Positions 54,588 to 64,000 of a stretch of 64,000 bases of DNA are shown in pieces. The stretch lies in NCBI GenBank assembly GCA_030265395.1, contig JARFYF010000112.1, positions 15,567,036-15,631,035 on the forward strand, in the 5' to 3' direction. Each line of letters opens with the position of its first letter. Positions within the stretch are counted from its first letter, which is position 1. The position numbers and the translations under genes were made by a program. This stretch comes from Rhina ancylostomus (Eukaryota). The notes below the pieces were generated by a model that saw only the letters and a list, made by a program, of their open reading frames with translations, searched no databases and was not told the DNA's origin.

Positions 54588-55371
54588 CTGACAATTAAAG
54601 CAGGGCAGTTTTAGAATAAGTCAACATTCAGCTCAAAATAGCAAACAACAAAAAGGAGGAACTTAATACATAGTAGTGCAGCAGCAATTTAAATATAATC
54701 TAACAAAATAAGAATCCAGTGATTCTGACCTCAACATTTCGCGAGACCTGTTGGAGCTCAGCAAACATTCCTCCCTTACCCCTCAGAGAAAACCAGTAAA
54801 ACTGACTGGTTATACTGTTCTCCTGAACATGTGCTAATCTTTCACTGAAATTCATTTTTTTTATACTTTCACTCATTTGTATTTGTAAATCAGTAACACT
54901 CCAAGAAAAACTGATTTCTCTATGGTACCAAACTACAAGTTTCAGCAGCTTAAAAATTCACTTCAACTTAAAAGCCCTAATAGCTTCAGCAGTGTTATGG
55001 CACCTCACTCAGAGTGGCTTCAATAGAGTATTCAACTCTTCTGTAGCACCTTTGATTTCTTTAGCAGTTCAGTGATGGACTCCATTTAAAGGGACTGGAC
55101 TCTAATCCCAACCTCAATCATCACTTGAGCTCAAGCCTTAGTTGTTCTTGGTCAGAATACTTGAAAAAACATCTTTTAATTGATAAACAGGAGTAAATTT
55201 ATAATGGAAACATTACACCACTTCACAGCTGCTGTTTCCTTCCCACTGGTACATTACTTGGCCAAGTATGTCAGTGAGGCACAACTGTGGCTAGTGGAAA
55301 GCTGGAGATTTTCAAACACTTTGATTAATAATATTTTTTTAGCCATGGTACAAGAACCAATTCAGTGCCTA

Positions 55372-55701
<330 letters not shown>

Positions 55702-57974
55702 CTACTCTCTATCATCTTGCTGTGTAAGCATCAAAGAACTGCACATTCAATGGAAACAAAATCTGAAATAATGGACTAGGTGATGGACTGGGTTATCTGA
55801 CTTGTCCTTCCACCTCTTGGAACTGAGGCAGAATCCCAAATGTAGGACAGCAATTTTCCCCTCTCCAGCTGTTATATCTTGCATTTTCCCTCAACTCCAT
55901 GAAGGACATTAGAATGTAGAAAATTGTTCAATATATTCCATAAATTTTGTGGGTGGTTGGAAATTTTTTGGGGAGTATATAGCACGGTCTCAGAATTCCT
56001 TTGGTCTTAATAAGCTACCCAAGATCTGTTGTTTCACTTAAAGTGGAAATCATGCAACTACAAGTAGCCAAAAACTGATGGGAAAAATTAAAATTGGTTC
56101 AATCATCATGTTTTCATCCCATCATGCTGTGCTCCGTAACTGAAGCAGACGCTACATGAAAATGGAACTTTGACACATTGGAAACCAGCAATGGTCAGCT
56201 GGCTGTCATACAACCCACTTCATTTTCCCTTCCACTAAAATCATTAAGAGAGCCAAATCAGGGAGTCTGCTTCCATACTGTATGTTTTCTGACCAATGTA
56301 TACCAATCTTTAGGAATTGGCAGCTGAAGGAAAGAGAATTGAAGGTTCTGGGGTACAGGCTACACGTGTTGGATTGGAACTAATGGCCACGTGGATGGAC
56401 TGGATATTTGTGTCACTCAAGTACAACATCTGAATGATTTTCTTGGAATAGATTTCATCCTCCAATTCAGTTACTGGGAATCAAAATTTAAAATTAGCAC
56501 CACAACTGAAATAAGTGTACCTTAATGTTATGTAGCTGAATAATTATTATCTTAACCACAACCTGCATTGTTTTAACCACACTTTCCAAAATCATGTATT
56601 CTAAATGTAAAATACAGTAGATGAATAACAATATTTCATTGCTGTTTGCTTATGAGGATAATTTCCTCATCTCATTCAGATCTCCGCACTGGATGAATTT
56701 CTGATTGTGCCATCTTGCTTAAAAATGCTTTGATAGTTATTCTTAGCTCTCAAGGGTTAAATTCACAGAACTTCATGACTAGCAGGTCCTCATTTGGTTT
56801 ATAGCAGGGTGTCTAAAACAACAATGTACAAACAACAAAAGATAATTTGACATTCCGGTGACTGTGCACAATGCACATCCATCACTTCTGCTACAGAAAT
56901 GCTCTTCTTTGATCTCAGCAGGTTCACTGCCAAAATAGGTTGCTCATGAAATTGGAGCACAGTCAGTTTCATTAGAAGCTTCTTCTGTAGCTAGGGTTTT
57001 AAAAAGAAACAGTAGGATCTGTAAAATAAGGAAGCAGTGCGGCAGCAAAATGCTGTAAGGAGGTTGGAAAGATCGGGGGGAGGTGGGGGGTGTTGCAAAT
57101 GGATGGTCTCTGCCTTGGACCAGAAGCTCAGGACTAGTCATGTAAAGTCTAGTGCTATGAAGTGGGTTACAGTAAGAAAAATTGATCATTATTACATAAA
57201 GATAAATTCTAGTAAATCCTACCATAACTATTGCTCTATACACTCATCTTACTGTGGATTTAAAAAGCTAAACTACTGAAATAAAACCTTTCCTCATCTG
57301 CCAAAATTAAAGATGTGCACAGATGATTCAGGCCACAAGGCATCCCACTATTTTACAGATAACACAAGGAAACACAAGTTCACCAGCATAGAAGACAGAT
57401 ATTCAGACTTTTGACAGGTATAAGTATCAGTACTGAATCCCAGAAAGTACCCAAAGCTAACCTGAACTTAAAGTAGTTTTTAATGTTTTGAAAATACACA
57501 ACTTAATTAGCTCCAGGAATAAAGCCTCAGGAGTAACTTCCAAATCAATCAGCCTGCCTTCTGTCTTGCTGGTTAGTGCATTTCGGCCTTTGTTTTGAAA
57601 TCTGCCAGCAAAAGGCAGCTCCCTTTATAAATGCACTCATTCCAAACGAAATACTGAAATTTACCCAGCTGACGTGGAGTAACTGGCTTTGCATAAAGCA
57701 CAGCAGGAGGGAGAAATCAATGGATAAAGAATTGTAATAGCTCTAATTTTTCCATTGCTCATTTTTATTCAGAAGGCAAGACAAAATAAGAACAAAATCA
57801 GTGAAATAAAAATGGATGAAATTTTATTTCCGCTTATTTCAACAATTGGGGCAATTTATTATTAAAACTATCTGATTTAAAAAGGGAATCCATCTCTGTC
57901 TAAAAACACTTAAGGCATCATATTAAATTGTTAGTAATATATTTCAAATCCTCTGCGATTGATTCCACCAGCAT

Positions 57975-60640
57975 ATATTCTCCAGTACCCTGAGATGCAT
58001 CTCATCAGGCTTTATGGGAGGCAAGGGAGAAGTTTTCTGGGGGCTCGGACAGAAACTTTTAAATCTTCGCTGGCCACAGGTGGTGATAGATGACTGCTGG
58101 ATAGCAAATGTGGTACCTTTATTTAGGAGTACAGCAGGTATAAGTCTGAGAGTCTAGAGTGAGTGGCATGAAGGCTATTTGAAAACAAAATTTTCAGAAA
58201 TAAGATTAATCTACACTTGGAACGATAGGTTTCAATCGAAGATAGTCAGCATGGCTTTGGGAAGGAGGGCATCCTGTTTGACCAATTTGATTGAATTTTT
58301 CGGAGGTTAGAAAATTTATTGATGAGGGTAGTGTGATTGATGCAGTCTACATTAACTTCAATAAGGAGACACTGGAATCTGGAGCAACAAACAATCTGCT
58401 TGATGAACTCAGCAGAACCTGATGCAGGGTTTCGACCCAAAATGCCGACAATTCCTTTCCTCCCACAGATGCTGCTCGACCCACTGAGCTCGTCCAACTG
58501 ATTGTTGCTGAACTTCAATAAGGCCTTTGACAAGGTTCCATGTGGGGAAACTAGTCCTAAAGGGTTAGGACCTGTGGAATCCTGGACAAGTTGACGGAGG
58601 GTGATGGTGGAGAGTTGCTTTAGTGACCACAACAATGTGCTGGGACTCTTATTGTTTGTCATGTACATTAACTATCTGGACATGAATGGAATGATTAGCA
58701 AGTTGGCAGATGACATGAAAACTGATGGTGTCGCTGACAGTGAGGAAGGTAGTCGTGGGGAGGCATACACTGATATTCTGGAAGATGCCTGTGTCAGGAA
58801 GGAAAAAGCATCAGAGATATTGGCACACAATAAGGTGGATAAATCCCCAGGGTCTGAGAGGACCTATCCCAGGATGTTATCCCAGGAAGCATGGGAGGAG
58901 AATGCTGGGGCTCTGGTGGAGACTTTTGTATCTTTGTTAGCCACAGGTGAGATACCATAAGAGCGAATGATAGTTAATGTTGCTCACTTATTCAAAAAGG
59001 GCAGCAAGGATAAACCGGGAAATTGCAGGCTGGTGGGCCTTACGTCAATAGTAGGAAATTATTGGACAAAATTCTGAGAGGCAGGATTTATGATCACTTG
59101 GAAAGATAGGGACTGATTAGGAAGAGTCAATATCGTTTTGTGCAGGAGAAATCCTGTCTTACTAAAGAGTACTTTGAGGAGGTAATTAAGAACATTTTTG
59201 AAGGCAGGGCAGTACACTTAGTTTACATTAGCAAGGCTTTTTAACAAAGTCTCACACATTAGGCTAGTCCAGAAGATTGGGGCACATGGGATCCAACAGG
59301 TATGTTGGCACACTGGATTCAAAATTAGCTTGGTGATAGGAGGCACAAGGTAGTTGTCAAGGAGTATTTTTCTGACTGTGGTGTACCATGGGAATCGGTG
59401 CTAGGACCAGTGTTCTTTGTCACATATGCAAATGACTTTTGTGAGAACATCTGTGGACTAATTAGTAAGTTTACTGACAACACAAAAATTGGTGAAGTAG
59501 TAGAGAGCGAAGGTGGTTGTGGAAGGATACAGAGAGATACTGATCATTTGGAAAGTTGGGCAGAACAGTGGCAGATGGAATTTAATCCAGGCAAGTTTGA
59601 GGTAATGCAATTTGAAACGTCAAATACTAACAGGACATGACAGCACACAAAATGACAGACACCTCAGGAGTGTTGACGGACAGAGGGACCTCAGGGTACA
59701 AATTCATAGCTCAACGGAAATGGTATAAGAAATGTGATGTCATGTGCAGTTGTTCAAAACATTAGTCCATCCTCACAGAGTACTGTATGCACTTCTGGTC
59801 ACCTCACTACAGGAGGGTTGCAGTAGCAATACAAAGAGTGCAGAAGAGATTCACCAAGATGTTGCCTGGAATGGAGGGCTTTACTTATAAGGAGAGATTG
59901 GATCAGCTGGGTTTATTCTCATTGGAACATAAGAGGTTGAGGTGTGACCTTGTACAGGTTTATAAAATTATGAGGGGCATATATAGGGTAGATAGACTAC
60001 CCTGCCTCAGGAAAAAGACTAAAACAAGAGAACATAGATTTAAGGTGAGAGAGGAACCATTTAAAGGTGANNNNNNNNNNNNNNNNNNNNNNNNNNNNNN
60101 NNNNNNNNNNNNNNNNNNNNNNNNNNNNNNNNNNNNNNNNNNNNNNNNNNNNNNNNNNNNNNNNNNNNNNNNNNNNNNNNNNNNNNNNNNNNNNNNNNNN
60201 NNNNNNNNNNNNNNNNNNNNNNNNNNNNNNNNNNNNNNNNNAGGTACCATAGGTGGAATGGATGAGTTGGGCCTGAGGGCCCATATATTTGCTGTACAAC
60301 TCTACGTGGGCTGGGATGGAATTTTTCAGTTAAGAGGAGAGACTAAATAGGCTGTGCTTGTTTTCCTTGGAGTGGACAAAGCTGAAGAGGAACATGATTG
60401 AGATATACAAAATTATAACAGGCATAGTTAGGGTAGATAGTTAGAAACTTTTTCCCCACAGCAGAAGTATATAAAACCAGAAAGCACAGATTTAAGATAA
60501 GGGGGAGTGGGTTTAGAGGGTATACAAGAAAGAATTACTTTTTAACCCAAAGACAGCACATTGTTTCTATAGTTGGAATGCATTGCACAAGGGGGTGGTG
60601 GAGGAAGAGACTCTCAGTTAAGCATTTGAACCGCCATGGC
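57975..60640 (+). mobile_element. Composite of CR1 LINE RT fragments, antisense in a MAPK8IP3 intron
   Basis: DAVYINFNK/AFDKVP, KLADDMK, KVDKSPG, KFTDNTKIG, WQMEFNPGK and FWSPHYRR motifs; the RT region occurs twice. Confidence 0.92.
58367..58510. mobile_element. 144-bp Penelope-derived element with a 13-bp target-site duplication
   Basis: aacttcaataagg at 58354-58366 and 58511-58523; inverted ends gcaacaaacaatc…/…gattgttgc; decayed hammerhead inside. Confidence 0.8.
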
Positions 60641-60884
60641 ACAGAAAGAATTTGTTCCTTTCCCTGGGAGACTGTTTATACAAATATAAGCTGATGTGTG
60701 GATGCGTAGAGGCAGATGAGGCTAGGCACAAGGGGAGACATATAGATAGACAGACATATGTGGAGATGGACATGTGAAAAAGCATATAGACAGGTAGGTA
60801 CTTTCAGCACGATATAACAATAACTATTCTTCTAAAGCTGTGATCATCACAATATTACTTATCTCAGGTCTACCAACAGCATAC

Positions 60885-61033
60885 CTCAATCTGCATTGTT
60901 TTAGGCTGAATGACATGGATCTTGTTCTTGTAGCCACACCAGACTTTATCATGTACCACGGCCATACAACGGATGGAATGGTTTGGACGTCGCAGGTCCA
61001 TAAGGTGGTAGTTACTCAGATCCCACTGACCAT
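60885..61033 (-). CDS. MAPK8IP3: MAPK8IP3 exon ((D)[49 protein letters not shown])
   Basis: ttttctaaacag acceptor, gtatgc donor, 149 nt, phase 1-0. Confidence 0.96.
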
Positions 61034-61470
61034 CTGTTTAGAAAAAAGTGTGGTAATTACTTCCCCCAGTTTCCCTTCTGGAGTAACTAATCTCCCAACT
61101 TCTTTCATAATATACAATGACAGATAATAAAGTGATGTTTCTCAATGAAAACTATAATGAATTCTGCAAAGCACTTTGCTTATGATTGGGACACTACATT
61201 GGATTAATTTTTTTTTTACAGTATTCCTGTTTCCACACAGTAACTTTGATTTATTGACTAATCCTCGTGAATAAGGAAAGGCTGAAAAGTACACTTCTGT
61301 CACAATTCTCATGTAAGATTAACAGGAGCAAAGGAACCAAGGGCCCAGTGAGCTTAAAGGCAGCATGGGAATCAGCACAATGCACTAGATACCGAATCAT
61401 TAGGATTTCCAAACAACTGGATAGTGGAATATCAGAGCTCCACTGTATCATGAATGATACTAATTAATTT

Positions 61471-61940
61471 CTTCAGCCCTCAGCCTCTTCTATCTATCAC
61501 CTCTCTCAGCTTATTACATCTTCTCCCCCTCCTACTACCTTCCCCCCTCACCTNNNNNNNNNNNNNNNNNNNNNNNNNNNNNNNNNNNNNNNNNNNNNNN
61601 NNNNNNNNNNNNNNNNNNNNNNNNNNNNNNNNNNNNNNNNNNNNNNNNNNNNNAGCCCTTTGCCTCTTCTACCTATTACCACTCAGCTTATTACATCTTC
61701 CCCGCCCTCCTTCCCCACCCACCTACCTTCCCCCCTTACCTGGACTCGCCTATGACCTGAACTCACCTATCCCCCACCTGTGTTTGATCCTCCCCCTCCC
61801 TCCACCTTCTTACTCTGGCTTCTGCCTACTTCCTTTCCAGTCCTGATGAAAGGTCTCGGCCTGAAACGTCGACTGTTTATTTCCCTCCGTGGATACTGCC
61901 TGACCTGCTGAGTTCCTCCAGCACTTTTTGCGTATTGCAC
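61471..61940 (+). mobile_element. Penelope-like terminal repeat, partly tandem-duplicated across a gap
   Basis: Pyrimidine-rich direct repeats at 61475-61553 and 61654-61742; hammerhead at 61838-61875; gcctgacctgctgagttcctccagc terminus. Confidence 0.75.
61838..61875 (+). ncRNA. Minimal type I hammerhead ribozyme motif in a Penelope-like terminal repeat
   Basis: cagtc-CTGATGA-a-aggt(ctcg)gcct-GAAAC-GTC-gactg: stem I cagtc/gactg, intact core, stem II hairpin, palindromic ACGT stem III. Confidence 0.7.
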
Positions 61941-62741
61941 CAATTAACAACACAGTTAGGAAGTACAACACACATTACTGTGGCTTTGCTAACATTTCAT
62001 AAAATCATAAAAACACACAACACAGAAACAGGCCCTTTCGGCCCACCTCACCCTTGCTGAGCATGATCGCCATCTTATTACCTTTGTTATACTGACCATT
62101 CTTTTATCGCAGTTCTTTTCCTTTACTCCATCAACCCTAACCATTTATTTTCACAGGACCTAAGTACTTTGACTGCAAAAAGATTAAAAGATAAGTATGT
62201 TCTAAGAAACCTCACCAGGACCAAACAGGTTTAAATAAAAATGTTGTTCATTCCTGAAAACAAAATTACCATGAAAAATATTTTAATTAAATCCTGGAAG
62301 CTGGATGGTTTGGCTCCTCCCTTGAACAGCAGTTTCAGCCAAACCAATTAATTGCTGCAAAAGTTAAAGTGACGCATGTAAAACACACTTTTTTTTACAT
62401 CCTTTACATACCAAGACAGAATTAAAGCAGCAATGGACACAATTTCCTGCTCATCTCTGCTTAAGAAAAGTACAGCCTCATTTAACTTTTATAGCTGAAT
62501 GCCAATGACATAATCTATTCTTTAGCATTTTGGCACATAATACACTTGCTGGCAGTATTAAAGATGGAAATTCTAGTCACCATTTGTGCAGCTGTTACTG
62601 ATTTTAAATAAATAGCTCCAAGTATCAAGAGAGAAATTTCATCTAATGCAAAAAATTCAAACCAACTCAATTATTACCACTAGACCAAGGCAGAGCTGGG
62701 TGAAGAATTACACAAATGAGTTTTTTTTAAAATGTACTCAC

Positions 62742-62809
62742 CTTCAGCTCTGTGAAATATAGCTAATGTCCCATCATTCAGAGCAACCAGAGCACGCCCT
62801 TTCACATGT
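62742..62809 (-). CDS. MAPK8IP3: MAPK8IP3 exon ([22 protein letters not shown])
   Basis: gtttgcag acceptor, gtgagt donor, 68 nt, phase 2-1. Confidence 0.95.
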
Positions 62810-63605
62810 CTGCAAACACAAATGGGAAGGAGGTCAATACTTTACTCCATAGAGAAAGCTTCAAAAACAAAAAGGACAGTACCCATTTATATTAGGAATG
62901 CACTTAATATTAAACAACCTATCCATTCCCAGGGGCAGCTACCAGTTCCCAGATTAGGTCATAACGAGCTTCCTGGGTTCTGTGCTTTGTAGCCAGCTTC
63001 TGGACCGCACTGGCTACTTACATCAGCATGAAGGAGGCCACCTCAACATTAGCTGGAAAGGTATTAGACTTCACAGCCATCAGATTTGGAAGCAGAGCCT
63101 CACGGAATTTCACCGGACAAGCACTGGATTCACAAATATTCTAGAATTACAGCTTTTCATCGCTATTTGGATGATTATGATTGAGAACCGGATTATGGAA
63201 ATCTCCTGTTAAGTAATAGGGACTCTGAGCCATGCAGTAAAGTATATAGAGCTGAATATTCTTTGATGAATTGGGGTGGGTTGGTTAATCGTATTCTTTC
63301 ATTTGTGGAGGAACTGTACACAGTAGTCAAAGCATTCCTCTGATCATTCTTAGTCAGTCACAGTACTAAGTAAAGCCTTATTCATCAATAGTGTACTGCA
63401 TTTTGGTGGAACCAGATAGTTTGTCTATCTACAGGCTCCCCATTGAATCAGTTCTCCTCTATTGCACAATATCTAAAGTTCATGACCGAAATTCCAAACC
63501 AAAGGCATTCTGGATAGGGCTAGGACTGGCAGGCATGGAAGAAGGGGAGAGAGAATTACAAATCCAGATCATTCCTAAAATAATTTGCACTATGTAGCAA
63601 CTTAC

Positions 63606-63686
63606 ACAATACTAAGGACTGCATCCTTCAGTTTGATGGTGTGGAGGCACTTCTTCCAATTGGATACCGCAGAGTGCACATAAAGG
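63606..63686 (-). CDS. MAPK8IP3: MAPK8IP3 exon ([26 protein letters not shown]); gene continues beyond the window end
   Basis: ccttttattag acceptor, gtaagt donor, 81 nt, phase 2-2; JIP3 LYVHSAV.NWKKCLH motif. Confidence 0.95.
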
Positions 63687-64000
63687 CTAATAAAAGGAGC
63701 AATGCACATAGGTTAAATCTCATACATTACAATCACAGCAAAAATCGAGAATGCATAGAGCTGGCAATACAGATCAGGTCAGAAGGAGTTAAGGTCTTTA
63801 TTCTCCAATGAGGAGGAATTCCAAATCATTATAAACAACAGCAAAGATTAACTCAACATGGCTCTGAGCCCGAAAGTTATGGTCTCACTCGAGACTTGTA
63901 GACTTATAACTACTCTCACACTTCAGGCATTCTTGATCAAGCCATCCCATCGTTTAAACGTGATATATAAACAAGGACCCAGCTGCTGTCTCTGCACTGT

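Noticed and set aside
59787-60350. Longest ORFs in the track (187 aa here; 170 aa at 30697-31209) as genes
   Set aside because: They are CR1 reverse-transcriptase fragments lengthened by N runs.

Overview
Eukaryotic (vertebrate) genomic DNA with short N gaps, most likely from a cartilaginous fish (ray/shark), judging by its V-SINE/HE1-like, DeuSINE, CR1 and Penelope repeats. Two convergent protein-coding genes can be rebuilt exon by exon with GT-AG junctions and consistent phases. (1) A complete 5-exon NME3 (NDP kinase 3, 169 aa; + strand, CDS 26637-33553) starts in a CpG-rich promoter. (2) The last nine coding exons of MAPK8IP3/JIP3 lie on the - strand (63686 to 39975), including a 39-nt symmetric exon the ORF track misses. 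The rest is decayed mobile DNA: CR1, L2, RTE, Vingi, Rex/Babar, Penelope-like elements, a Gypsy gag remnant, Harbinger transposase remnants, a Tigger-like MITE and SINEs. The most interesting leads are: an unrecognised, possibly spliced transcript running divergently from the NME3 promoter that could encode a 94-aa protein; an intact minimal hammerhead ribozyme in a Penelope-type repeat, with several decayed copies; and back-to-back AATAAA signals where the two genes may end. All calls were made by eye, no database searches were run, and repeat boundaries are approximate.
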